Numbered from the stretch's first letter, positions 29,545-38,214 are shown. The stretch: 64,000 bases of DNA from an uncultured Actinomycetes bacterium (GCA_963820335.1 CAWFZH010000008.1:38181-102180), one strand, 5' to 3'. Program-made: numbers and translations. Notes: a model not told the origin generated them from the sequence alone.

Positions 29545-32500
29545 CTAGCCGGCGAAGAGCGCCTGGATCTCGCTCTCGGAGAGAACCCGGTCGTAGATGC
29601 GGACTTCGTCCAGCGAGCCCCGGAAACGCGTGTTGCCGCCGGGGTTGCGGCCGATGTTGAGGTTGTAGGTGCTGGTCCCGGGAGCGATCACGTAGCTCGA
29701 GCTGAGGGCGAGCACGCCGTTCTTGTAGCCGCGCATCTGCCGGGTGGCGCCGTCACGCACGAGCACGACGTGCTGCCACTGGTTCGCTTCGATCGACGTC
29801 GTCAGGCCGCCGAGGACGAGGGAGCCCACAGGGTCCTTATGTGACCAGCGCAACGGGTACGGGGCGACGTTGTGCACCGGGCCGAGCTCGAACTCGTAGC
29901 GCTTGCTGACGATCGCCATCGTCGTGCGTGCGCCAGTCGGCCGGATCCAGGCGGAGATCGTCAAATCGCCCGTGATCCGGAGCTCTGCGGTGTCGGGCAC
30001 CCTGACGTAGTCGTCCGATCCGTCGAACGAGAGGCAGCCCCCGATGCGGCAGGCGACACTCATCGTCCAGGTCGGCCCGTACTGGAGACTGCCGTCGTAG
30101 CCGTTGCCCGAGCCGTCGGTGGCAACCAAGCCACTCCCCTCGTCGAACGCCCAGTGGCCGACGAGGCCGCCGGGCAAGCCAACGACTTCCCTGTACGTGG
30201 CCGTGTACGTCGTGTCCACGGCCGGCGTCGGGATCGTGTGGCTCTGGGCACCGCCGTCCGACCAGGAGACGAACTCGTAGGTCGTCCCGCCCACGGTCTG
30301 CGGGGATGAGGCGTCGAGGTCTCGCTCCATGCCGACGACGCTCGTCACCGTGTGTGGGGAGCTCACCGGCTGACCGTCGAGCCGGAGCTGGAGACCTGGA
30401 ATGTTCGCTGCCAGCGTCACGGCCGATGTGCGCGGCATGAGGTCGCGGAACGTGCTGTGCGAGAGGCCCCCGCTGTCGGTGACGGTGAGGTGAATGCGGT
30501 ACCAGACGTCGGGGGCGACATGGCCGGTCGTCGGGACCTGGAACGAGCCACCCTGGCTGCCGCTCGTGTCCGGGATGAACGGGTGCACGTGCGTCTCGTG
30601 GTGGAAGTCGACGCGCCAGGTGAACCTGGCCCCCGGAAGTGCACCCTCTTCCGGGTCCATGCCCGTCCCCGCATACGTGATCGTCTCGCCGGCGCTGTAC
30701 CGCGAGCCCGCAGGCGGTTCCGTGATCGTCGCCGTCGGAGGCAGGTTGCTCGTCACCGTCAGCGTGGCGGCGTTGCTCGTCGCGCTGCCGAGGCTGTTCG
30801 TGACGATGGCCCGAAACTGGGCGCCGCTGTCACCGAGTTGCGGGCTCGGGACCGTGTGACTGGCCGCCGTCGCGCCGGCGATGTTCGTCCCGTTCCGCTG
30901 CCACTGGTAGGTCATCGGAGCCGAGCCGCTCGCGCTGACGGTGAACGTCGCGCTCTGGCCGACCGGCACGGTTTGGTTCTGCGGATGCGTGACGATCGCC
31001 GGCGCCTGGCCGCCGCCCAGATACCGCACGCGGCGCAACGTGTTGGTGCTGCGGGCCAGGTAGTACATGACCCCGTCGGCGGCGACCTTGACGTCGACCG
31101 GGTCGCGGGTACCGTCGGCCGTCAGGAACGTCGAGACCTGCCGAGTCGTCAGGTCGACGCTCTTGATCCACCCCGCGCAGTAGTCGGCGAAGAAATAGTC
31201 GCCTACGTACTCGGGCGGGAAGTTGACGATCGCCGGGTTGTAGAACGCACCGCCCGTGATCGCGCAGTCGCCGCCGGCCTGCGGATAGGCGTGGAACGGG
31301 TTGTGGAAGCGCGGGTCGTTGTGCGGCCCCTCGGTGGCGGGCCAGCCGAAGTTGAACCCGGCGTTGAAGCCGCTGTTGGGGCCGACCCAGGCCTCGTTGA
31401 TCTCCTCGAAGGCGTTCTCACCGACGTCGTTGATGAAGATCCGGCCGGTCGTCGACTGGATGTCGAACGTGAACGGGTTGCGCAGGCCGAGCGACCAGAT
31501 GGCGCGGTTGTTGCCGGTCGTGCTGCCGTAGAAGGGGTTGTCGAGCGGGATGGTGCCGTCGGCGTTGATCCGCAGCAGCTTCCCGGACAGCGTCGCGAGC
31601 GACTGCGCGTTGTCCTCGTGGTGGCCTTCCCCGACGGCGACGTAGAGCTTGCCGTCGTTGCCGAAGTGGATTGCCCCGCCGTTGTGCCAGCCGGTCTCCG
31701 ACGGGATCGGGTTGAGGATGAACGTCTCGCTCCCCGGCTCGGCGACATCGGGGTTCGTGCTGCTCGCGGTGAAGCGGCTCACGCGGTTCACGACGGTGAC
31801 GTCGCCGCCGTGTAATAGACGTAGACGTAGCGGTTCTGCGCGAAGTTCGGGTCGAAGGTGACGCCGAGCAGGCCGCGCTCGTTGGTCGACGTGACGCTCA
31901 CGCTCAGGAAGGGAGTCGGGAGCAGGACGTTGTTCCTGACCACGCGGAGCTGTCCGCCCTGCTGGGCGACGAAGATCCGCCCGTCGGGAGCGAGTGCCAT
32001 CGACGTCGGGTTGGTCAGCCCGGAGGCGATCACGACGTCTTCCCGCTGCGGCGGCGGCGGAGGTGGAGGCGGTGGTGGTGGCGGCGGTGGGTGGCGGTGG
32101 TGGCGGCGGCGGGGCGGGAGGAGGCGGTGGCGGCGGGCTACCGCCGTCGGAATAGAGCTCCTGCACCTCGGCCGCGCTCAGCACCCTGTTGTAGATCCGC
32201 ACCTCGTCGATCAGGCCGCGGAAGCGCTGGATGCTGCCGGGGTTGCGGCCGATGTTGAGCGGATACGTGCCCGTGCCGGGAGCGGCCGGGTAGCTCGAGG
32301 TCAGCGCGAGAGCGCCGTTTTTGTAGCCCCGGATCTGGCGGGTGGCGCCGTCGCGGACGAGAACGACGTGCTGCCACTGGTTGCTCTCCGTCGCCGTGGC
32401 CAGGTTGCCGGAGACGAGTGTCCCGGTCGATTCCTTGTGCGACCACGTCAGCGGATACGGAGCCGTGCCCTGGACGGGGCCGAGCTCGAACTCGTACCGC

Positions 32501-32973
32501 TTGCTGACGACGGACTGGACGCTGCGCGCGCCCGTGGGCTTGATCCAGGCCGACAGCGTGAGGTCGCCCGTGATCCGCAGCGGCGCCGAATCCGCAACCC
32601 GGACGTAGTCGTCGGTGCCGTCGAAGGAGAGGCAGCCACCGACCCGGCAGGACCCGGTCGTGGCCCAGGTCGGGTTGTACTGGAGCGTCCCGGTATGCCC
32701 GTTGCCGGAGCCGTCCGCCGCGGTCGATCCGCTGCCCTCGTTGAAGGACCAGTAGCCGACGAGGCCGTTCGGGGGCACTGCGGCTCCCGCCCCGTGGGCT
32801 GAGACGAGCGCAAGCAGGATCGCTGCAAGGGCCGCAGCTCGACCTGATCTGATTTGGGGGCCTCCGGTAGAGGGTTGGGCGATGCTCGACTGGGGTTCAG
32901 GTGTACAACGACGCGAGACCCGGAAACGGTTCGCCCGCACACTAGAGGCGGCTCCGGACGGGGTCGTTAGCAT
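29545..32973 (-). CDS. Secreted multidomain protein: LamG - poly-Pro linker - PQQ-type sugar dehydrogenase (SGDH) beta-propeller - Ig-like - beta-sandwich - LamG; carries apparent compensating frameshifts
   Basis: Signal peptide RSGRAAALAAILLALVSAHGAGA. There are two about 70%-identical LamG modules, SGDH motifs (NRVSRFTA, GWHNGG, LGLRNPF) and an Ig repeat (TYQWQRNG). The start is uncertain: ATG 32973, GTG 32940, or ATC 32853 behind a GGAGG. Confidence 0.8.
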   Translation of the reverse strand: MLTTPSGAASSVRANRFRVSRRCTPEPQSSIAQPSTGGPQIRSGRAAALAAILLALVSAHGAGAAVPPNGLVGYWSFNEGSGSTAADGSGNGHTGTLQYNPTWATTGSCRVGGCLSFDGTDDYVRVADSAPLRITGDLTLSAWIKPTGARSVQSVVSKRYEFELGPVQGTAPYPLTWSHKESTGTLVSGNLATATESNQWQHVVLVRDGATRQIRGYKNGALALTSSYPAAPGTGTYPLNIGRNPGSIQRFRGLIDEVRIYNRVLSAAEVQELYSDGGSPPPPPPPAPPPPPPPPTAATTTASTSAAAAAGRRRDRLRADQPDVDGTRSRRADLRRPAGRTAPRGQEQRPAPDSLPERERHVDQRARPARRHLRPELRAEPLRLRLLHGGDVTVVNRVSRFTASSTNPDVAEPGSETFILNPIPSETGWHNGGAIHFGNDGKLYVAVGEGHHEDNAQSLATLSGKLLRINADGTIPLDNPFYGSTTGNNRAIWSLGLRNPFTFDIQSTTGRIFINDVGENAFEEINEAWVGPNSGFNAGFNFGWPATEGPHNDPRFHNPFHAYPQAGGDCAITGGAFYNPAIVNFPPEYVGDYFFADYCAGWIKSVDLTTRQVSTFLTADGTRDPVDVKVAADGVMYYLARSTNTLRRVRYLGGGQAPAIVTHPQNQTVPVGQSATFTVSASGSAPMTYQWQRNGTNIAGATAASHTVPSPQLGDSGAQFRAIVTNSLGSATSNAATLTVTSNLPPTATITEPPAGSRYSAGETITYAGTGMDPEEGALPGARFTWRVDFHHETHVHPFIPDTSGSQGGSFQVPTTGHVAPDVWYRIHLTVTDSGGLSHSTFRDLMPRTSAVTLAANIPGLQLRLDGQPVSSPHTVTSVVGMERDLDASSPQTVGGTTYEFVSWSDGGAQSHTIPTPAVDTTYTATYREVVGLPGGLVGHWAFDEGSGLVATDGSGNGYDGSLQYGPTWTMSVACRIGGCLSFDGSDDYVRVPDTAELRITGDLTISAWIRPTGARTTMAIVSKRYEFELGPVHNVAPYPLRWSHKDPVGSLVLGGLTTSIEANQWQHVVLVRDGATRQMRGYKNGVLALSSSYVIAPGTSTYNLNIGRNPGGNTRFRGSLDEVRIYDRVLSESEIQALFAG
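29548..30180 (-). repeat. C-terminal LamG module; intragenic duplicate of 32141..32775 (roughly 70-75% nucleotide identity by eye)
   Basis: Long shared strings occur in both copies, e.g. GGGTTGCGGCCGATGTTGAG, GACGTGCTGCCACTGGTT, GGGCCGAGCTCGAACTCGTA and CGCTTGCTGACGA. Confidence 0.8.
32041..32140 (-). repeat. GGN/CCN low-complexity tract encoding the poly-proline linker of the LamG/SGDH protein
   Basis: GGCGG/GGTGG units repeat on the plus strand. These translate to PPPPPPPAPPPPPPPP on the minus strand. Confidence 0.85.
32141..32775 (-). repeat. N-terminal LamG module; intragenic duplicate of 29548..30180
   Basis: See the partner repeat. The protein-level repeat is GLVGYWSFNEGSG...RIYNRVLSAAEVQELY versus GLVGHWAFDEGSG...RIYDRVLSESEIQALF. 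Confidence 0.8.
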
Positions 32974-32982
32974 CGCTTCGCG

Positions 32983-33552
32983 TTGCCCGAGACCCCTGAG
33001 CAGATGTACGAGCGGGCCGCAGATGCCCTGCGAATGCCCCCGGTCGAGGAGTGGGAGACCTTCCCGTTCGACGGGGAGATGCGCCCGCGCACGCTTCAGG
33101 CCCCCATCGAACGCGAGGAGCCACGGCTCGGCGCAGGCGGTGTCGACTGCCGGCGCTGCTCTGCGCCCGACGACGAGTTTCTCTGGACGAACGAACGCTG
33201 GCGCCTGCACACTCTCGACGGTCCCACCGGGTTGCCGGTGAACGTCATCCTCGTTCCGCGCGAGCACTTCGCCGAGCTCGGTGACCTTCCCGACGATCTC
33301 GCCGCGGAGCTCGGCGTCATGCTCGCGAGGATCGAGCGAGCCGTGCGCTCGGTCGGCGAGATCGGACGGGTGCACGTCTGCAAGTGGGGCGACGGTGGCG
33401 AGCACCTGCACTGGTGGTTCATGGCGCGCCCGGCCCGGATCCCGCAACTGATCGGGAGCTTCGCCGCGATCTGGGACGACATCCTGCCGCCGGTGCCGGA
33501 AGAGATCTGGCGGGAGAATCTCGCAGCCGTCAAGGCTGCCCTCGAGGGGTAG
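32983..33552 (+). CDS. HIT-superfamily-like protein
   Basis: GEHLHWWF resembles the HxHxH-type histidine triad region. There is also a CRRC motif. The start is TTG 32983 or ATG 33004. Confidence 0.6.
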   Translation: MPETPEQMYERAADALRMPPVEEWETFPFDGEMRPRTLQAPIEREEPRLGAGGVDCRRCSAPDDEFLWTNERWRLHTLDGPTGLPVNVILVPREHFAELGDLPDDLAAELGVMLARIERAVRSVGEIGRVHVCKWGDGGEHLHWWFMARPARIPQLIGSFAAIWDDILPPVPEEIWRENLAAVKAALEG

Positions 33553-33561
33553 GCTGCAACC

Positions 33562-34128
33562 GTGGCGATCGCCGCCCCCGACCGGTTGTACTTCACGGAC
33601 AGCGACGAGGCGAACCAGCTCCTGGCCTCGGAGCCGATGGCGCTCCTCATCGGCTTCGCGCTCGACCAGCAGGTGACGGTGCCGACGGCTTTCCTGGGCC
33701 CGCTCAAGATCAAGCAGCGGCTGGGCACGCTCGACGCCGGCGCGATCGCCAAGATCGATCCGGCCACGCTCGAAGCCGCCTTCCGCGAGCGGCCGGCAGT
33801 ACACAGGTTCCCGGGCTCGATGGCGACGCGCGTGGCGGACCTCTCCGCCCACGTGGAGGCCGAGTACGACGGAGACGCGTCCCGCCTCTGGCGCGAGGCG
33901 GCCGACGCCGACGATCTCCGCAAGCGGATCAAGGCGCTGCCGGGCTTCGGGGAGATGAAGATCAAGGCGCTGGCCTCGGTGCTGGCGAAGCGCTTCGGAG
34001 TGCAGGTGGCCGAGGGCCTCGTTCCTCCACACCCGACCCTCGGCGACGTGGACTCGCGCGAGGCGCTCGACAGCTACCAGGAGAAGAAGCGGGCCTACAA
34101 GGCGAAGCTCAAGGCCGAGTCGACCTGA
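33562..34128 (+). CDS. HhH-GPD-type base-excision-repair family protein
   Basis: LPGFGEMKIKAL helix-hairpin-helix element. Size and N-terminus (FTDSDEANQLLA) are typical of the actinobacterial family. Confidence 0.7.
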   Translation: MAIAAPDRLYFTDSDEANQLLASEPMALLIGFALDQQVTVPTAFLGPLKIKQRLGTLDAGAIAKIDPATLEAAFRERPAVHRFPGSMATRVADLSAHVEAEYDGDASRLWREAADADDLRKRIKALPGFGEMKIKALASVLAKRFGVQVAEGLVPPHPTLGDVDSREALDSYQEKKRAYKAKLKAEST

Positions 34129-34970
34129 GGCTCCGCCCGCCCGTCACCGTCTACGTAACGCGCGAGCACCCGAGGACGGGCGCCGACGAGTTGCTCGTGT
34201 TCGACGTGCCCGGCGAGCCGGAGTACACCGCGATCTTCCCCGGCGGAGGGATCGAGGAAGGCGAGACCGTCGAAGAGACGGCCGTGCGGGAAGCGCGAGA
34301 AGAGACCGGACTGACCGTCGAGGTCCTCCGTGTGCTCGGGGAGGTCGAGAATCCGGATCGGGGGCCCGACTACTTCGTCCAGGCCGCCCCCACCGAACGA
34401 TTGCCCGACTCCTGGGAGCACGAGATCCCCGGCCAGGACGGCGAGCCCGGCTACGTCGTCGTCTGCCGTTGGGCGCCGGTCGACCCAGACGCCGAGTTCT
34501 GGGGCCTGCGCGGTGCCTTCGTCCACGCGCTCGTCCGCGAACGCGTCGTGGCCTACGTGACGCGCCAGGGCCCGCGAGGACTCGATCTGCTCACCATCGA
34601 GCAGGGCGACATCCAAGGTGGCGTCCAGGTCCCGGCAGGCCGGCTCGATCCCGGCGAGAGCCCGGAGCACGGTCTCGCCCGTGAGGTCGAGGAGGAGACG
34701 GGGATCACAGAGGTCAGCGTCGTGCGGCGCCTGGCCGACGCCGACGAGTTCGAGCGGCTCTACGGGCCCGGCGCCCACCGCAGCCATGCGTTTCACGCCG
34801 AGGTCGCCGCCGAAGGCGCGGACGAATGGGAGCACCGGGTCGGCGGTTCGGGCGCCGACGCGGGCCTCGTCTACCTCTGCCGCTGGGTGCGCCTCGACGA
34901 GTGCCCGCCCCTTTGGGGGGATGCCGATCCCTTGGTCGAGAAGCTCAGGCGGTCGATAACGGAGTCATGA
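34125..34970 (+). CDS. Tandem NUDIX hydrolase (two Nudix domains)
   Basis: Two Nudix boxes are present: GGGIEEGETVEETAVREAREETG and AGRLDPGESPEHGLAREVEEETG. The only start candidate before the first conserved strand is CTG 34125, which overlaps the upstream TGA. Confidence 0.7.
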   Translation: MRLRPPVTVYVTREHPRTGADELLVFDVPGEPEYTAIFPGGGIEEGETVEETAVREAREETGLTVEVLRVLGEVENPDRGPDYFVQAAPTERLPDSWEHEIPGQDGEPGYVVVCRWAPVDPDAEFWGLRGAFVHALVRERVVAYVTRQGPRGLDLLTIEQGDIQGGVQVPAGRLDPGESPEHGLAREVEEETGITEVSVVRRLADADEFERLYGPGAHRSHAFHAEVAAEGADEWEHRVGGSGADAGLVYLCRWVRLDECPPLWGDADPLVEKLRRSITES

Positions 34971-35887
34971 AGCGCCTGCTGCCGCTTGCGTGCCTCGCCG
35001 TGCTGCTGGGCGGCTCCTCAGCGGAGGCTCTGCGCCTGCCGGCCGCACCGCGCTGCACGGTCTTCCCCAAGTCCAATCCCTGGAACCGCCGCGTCGACCG
35101 GCTGCCGGTCGCGGCGAACTCGGCCGAGATCATCAGCTCGATCGGCACCGAGCGCGGCCTGCACCCCGACTTCGGCTCGGGCCTGTGGGAGGGCGCTCCG
35201 ATCGGGATCCCGATCACCGTCGTCGGCCGGCGCACACCGAAGTCTCGAGTCTCGTTCGAGTACGCGGACGAGTCAGACCGCGGCCCGTACCCGATTCCGC
35301 GCGGTGTGCCGATCGAAGGCGGGTATCGCTCGGACGGCGACCGGCACGCACTGATCGTCGACCGCGACTCCTGCAAGCTCTACGAGCTCTTCGCGCTCTA
35401 CCCCAAGGGTCGCGGCTGGCGAGCGGGCTCCGGCGCGATCTGGAACCTCCGCTCGAACCGGCTGCGCCCCGCAGGCTGGACCTCGGCCGATGCGGCAGGG
35501 CTCCCGATCCTCCCCGGCCTGGCGCGCTACGACGAGGTGCGGCGAGGCGTGATCGACCACGCGTTGCGGTTCACGGTTCGCCGGACGCGACGGGCGTACG
35601 TGTACCCGGCCCGGCACTTCGCGAGCAGCTCCGACGACCCGAACCTGCCGCCAATGGGCCTGCGCGTGCGCCTGAAGGCGAGCTTCGACGTCAGCGGCTA
35701 CCCACGGCAGGCGCGTGTCGTCCTCACCGCGCTCAAGCGCTACGGGATGCTCGTGGCCGACAACGGCTCGGACTGGTACATCACGGGCTCCCCCAATCCG
35801 GGCTGGCGGAACGACGACCTGCGAACCCTGGGTAGGGTCAAGGGCTCTGAGTTCGAGGTCGTCGATACCCGCACTCTTCGCCCTTAG
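34967..35887 (+). CDS. Secreted hypothetical protein
   Basis: Signal peptide MKRLLPLACLAVLLGGSSAEA. The ATGA overlaps the NUDIX stop. Conserved-looking blocks include LHPDFGS, GWTSADAAGLPI and YGMLVADNGSDWY; the family is not named. Confidence 0.65.
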   Translation: MKRLLPLACLAVLLGGSSAEALRLPAAPRCTVFPKSNPWNRRVDRLPVAANSAEIISSIGTERGLHPDFGSGLWEGAPIGIPITVVGRRTPKSRVSFEYADESDRGPYPIPRGVPIEGGYRSDGDRHALIVDRDSCKLYELFALYPKGRGWRAGSGAIWNLRSNRLRPAGWTSADAAGLPILPGLARYDEVRRGVIDHALRFTVRRTRRAYVYPARHFASSSDDPNLPPMGLRVRLKASFDVSGYPRQARVVLTALKRYGMLVADNGSDWYITGSPNPGWRNDDLRTLGRVKGSEFEVVDTRTLRP

Positions 35888-36290
35888 CGTCCTGCTCGCA
35901 GCCGGCTGCGGCGGAGACGAAGAGAACGGCGGCAGCCGCGAGAACCCGGACGGGTCGGTCAGCGTCGATCTCGTCGAGCAAAGCGACTCTGGCCAGTCAG
36001 GCGTGGCGACGTTCAAGGCGGAGGACGGCGAGCGCACCCGGGTCACGATCGAGCTTTCGGGCGCTCCTGACACCCCGCAACCCGCGTACGTCCACGAGCG
36101 CTCGTGCGACGACATCGACCCGCAGCCGACCGACACTCTCCAGCCCGTCGCCAACGGGCGCTCGGAGACCGTGATCGCCGTCTCGCTCGAGCATCTCCGT
36201 GCCTCGCCGCACGCCGTTGCCGTCCAGAAGTCGGCCGACACGTACGTCGCCTGCGGGACGATCGGGGAGGGCGGCTCGCTACTGCCGTAG
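35847..36290 (+). CDS. Lipoprotein, unknown function (paralogue of 37732..38214)
   Basis: Lipobox LLAAGC. The only start giving a normal signal peptide is CTG 35847. The GTG at 35715 would add 60 aa that overlap the upstream gene. Confidence 0.55.
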   Translation: MSSRSSIPALFALSVLLAAGCGGDEENGGSRENPDGSVSVDLVEQSDSGQSGVATFKAEDGERTRVTIELSGAPDTPQPAYVHERSCDDIDPQPTDTLQPVANGRSETVIAVSLEHLRASPHAVAVQKSADTYVACGTIGEGGSLLP

Positions 36291-37703
36291 ATCGCGGAGC
36301 GCAGTTTTCGCGGCGGCATACCCGCACATCCCGTGCACGCCTCCACCCGGCGGAGTGGCCGAGGAGCAGAGGTAGACGCCCTTCAGAGGCGTGCGGTACG
36401 GAACCGGCTTGCGCACCGGCCGGAAGAAGAGCTGCGCGAGGTCCGGGGCGCCGCCGTTGATGTCGCCGCCCACGAGGTTGCGGTTTCCCGCCTCGAAGTC
36501 GGCCGGGCTCCTGACCGAGCGGGCGAGGACGAGCTCGCCGAACCCCGGGGCGAAGCGCTCGACCTGTGCCTCGATCCGCGCCGTCATGTCCTGCGTCGAG
36601 CCGTTCGGCACGTGGCAGTACGCCCAGGCCGTGTGCTTGCCGGCGGGCGCGCGCGTGTCGTCGAAGAGCGACTGCTGCACGAGCAGGACGAAAGGCCGTT
36701 CCGCGTGCCGTCCGTTCCACGGCCCCGATTCGGACGCAGCGATCTCCTCGAGGGTGCCGCCGAGATGAACCGTGGCCGCGCGCCCGCACTCCTCAGCCCG
36801 CCACGGGATCGGACCGTCGAGAGCCCAGTCGAGCTTGAACGCGCCCGGGCCGTGCCGGTAGCGCTCGAGCGCTTCGCCGTACCGGACGGGAAGCCGTCCC
36901 GCCGCCATCCGCAGGAGCTCGCGAGGCATGACGTCGGCGAGGACGACGTCCGCGTCGGGCAGCTCGTCGACGGGGCTCGACGTCCGCACCTCGCCACCGA
37001 GCTCCCTGATGCGCGCCACGAGACCGTCGGCGATTCGTTGCGAGCCGCCGCGTGGGAAGCCCCAACCGTGGACGTGGGCGAGCACCATCAGCGCGTACCC
37101 GAACCCGCCGCCGGGCCTCTTCTCGAGCGGCAGCATCGAGTGAGCCGCGTTCCCGGCGAAGAGCGCCCTCCCCTGCGACGTCGAGAACGTTTTCTCCGCG
37201 GCGGAGCGTGCCGGAGCGAGGGCCAGGCGCGCACTGTGCGCCGCGTTACGGGGCCCGAGCGCCCGGAGCATCGCCAACACGCGCCGTGGCGGCGGCGGAT
37301 AGGGCCCGACGAGAACCGGCTCGACCGCGTCCCAGTGCTCGACGACCGGCTCGAAGAGTCGGCGGTAGGCCTGCTCGTCCGCGCCGAGGCCGCGAGCGGT
37401 CTCCCCCACGTCGCGATGGAGCACGGCCGCCGTGCCGTCGTCGAACGGATGTGCGGCCTGCAAGGGCGGCTCGACCCAATCGAGCTGAAGGTCGACCTCG
37501 CGAAAGAACGGCGACCGGGCGAGTGGGTGGATCGCCGAGCAGAGGTCGTGCACGAACCCGGGCAACGTCAGCTCCGCGGAGCGTGTGCCGCCGCCGAGCG
37601 TCGGCTGCTCCTCGTGCACGACGACGTCGAAGCCCGCCTGGGCGAGCGTCACCGCTCCGGCCAGCCCGTTCGGCCCCGATCCGATGACGACAGCGGTCGG
37701 CAT
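36279..37703 (-). CDS. FAD-dependent oxidoreductase, phytoene desaturase (CrtI)-like family
   Basis: MPTAVVIGSGPNGLAGAVTLAQAGFDVVVHE dinucleotide fold and C-terminal GGGVHGMCG. Confidence 0.85.
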   Translation of the reverse strand: MPTAVVIGSGPNGLAGAVTLAQAGFDVVVHEEQPTLGGGTRSAELTLPGFVHDLCSAIHPLARSPFFREVDLQLDWVEPPLQAAHPFDDGTAAVLHRDVGETARGLGADEQAYRRLFEPVVEHWDAVEPVLVGPYPPPPRRVLAMLRALGPRNAAHSARLALAPARSAAEKTFSTSQGRALFAGNAAHSMLPLEKRPGGGFGYALMVLAHVHGWGFPRGGSQRIADGLVARIRELGGEVRTSSPVDELPDADVVLADVMPRELLRMAAGRLPVRYGEALERYRHGPGAFKLDWALDGPIPWRAEECGRAATVHLGGTLEEIAASESGPWNGRHAERPFVLLVQQSLFDDTRAPAGKHTAWAYCHVPNGSTQDMTARIEAQVERFAPGFGELVLARSVRSPADFEAGNRNLVGGDINGGAPDLAQLFFRPVRKPVPYRTPLKGVYLCSSATPPGGGVHGMCGYAAAKTALRDLRQ

Positions 37704-37731
37704 ATCGGAAACTATGTGCCATCCTGGTCGC

Positions 37732-38214
37732 GTGACGACGCGCTTCGGTTTGGCCGCCCTCGTGATCACGCTGTTGGCAGCCGGATGCGGCGGCGGGAAC
37801 GGCGGTTCCCCCGAGAGCGAGGAGTTCATCGTCGAGCTCGAGCTTCCGCTCTCGTCGTACCTGGACGAGCCCGAGGTCTACGGGCAGGCCGGTCTCAGCC
37901 CGAACGGGCGAAACGGGACGCGGGTCGTGATCCGGCTGGACGAGCCGCACAAGTCGACGATGGAGGCCGAGATCCGCCGCGGCGGCTGCACCAGCTTTCG
38001 CTCCATTTCGCCCGACTACGAGCTCGGCACAGTGAAGGACGGCAGCCTCACCACCGAGGTGGACGTGCCGACGCGCGAGGTCCGTATGGGCTACGCGCTG
38101 GTCGTTCGTGAGCCGCGCAAGGAGGACGACCAACGGAGCCGCCGCGAGCGCCGCGAGGGAACCTTCGACAAGGGCACGTGCGGCGACCTCTCGACCGCGG
38201 AGCCGGTCGACTGA
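37732..38214 (+). CDS. Lipoprotein, unknown function (paralogue of 35847..36290)
   Basis: Lipobox LLAAGC after VTTRFGLAALVIT. The start is GTG 37732 or ATG 37714. It shares the T-V-I-L ... C ... NG ... CG pattern with the other lipoprotein. Confidence 0.6.
   Translation: MTTRFGLAALVITLLAAGCGGGNGGSPESEEFIVELELPLSSYLDEPEVYGQAGLSPNGRNGTRVVIRLDEPHKSTMEAEIRRGGCTSFRSISPDYELGTVKDGSLTTEVDVPTREVRMGYALVVREPRKEDDQRSRRERREGTFDKGTCGDLSTAEPVD

Noticed and set aside
32041-32140. A repetitive GGCGG/GGTGG tract that at first glance resembles a tandem-repeat or array-like element.
   Set aside because: It has no spacer/repeat periodicity. It is simply the CCN-rich coding sequence of a poly-proline linker inside the LamG/SGDH gene.
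32974-34032. N-terminal 350 aa of the 1495-aa ORF 29545..34032(-).
   Set aside because: This portion is antisense to the plus-strand HIT-like and HhH-GPD genes and has shadow-frame composition. The real protein begins at the signal peptide near 32853-32973.
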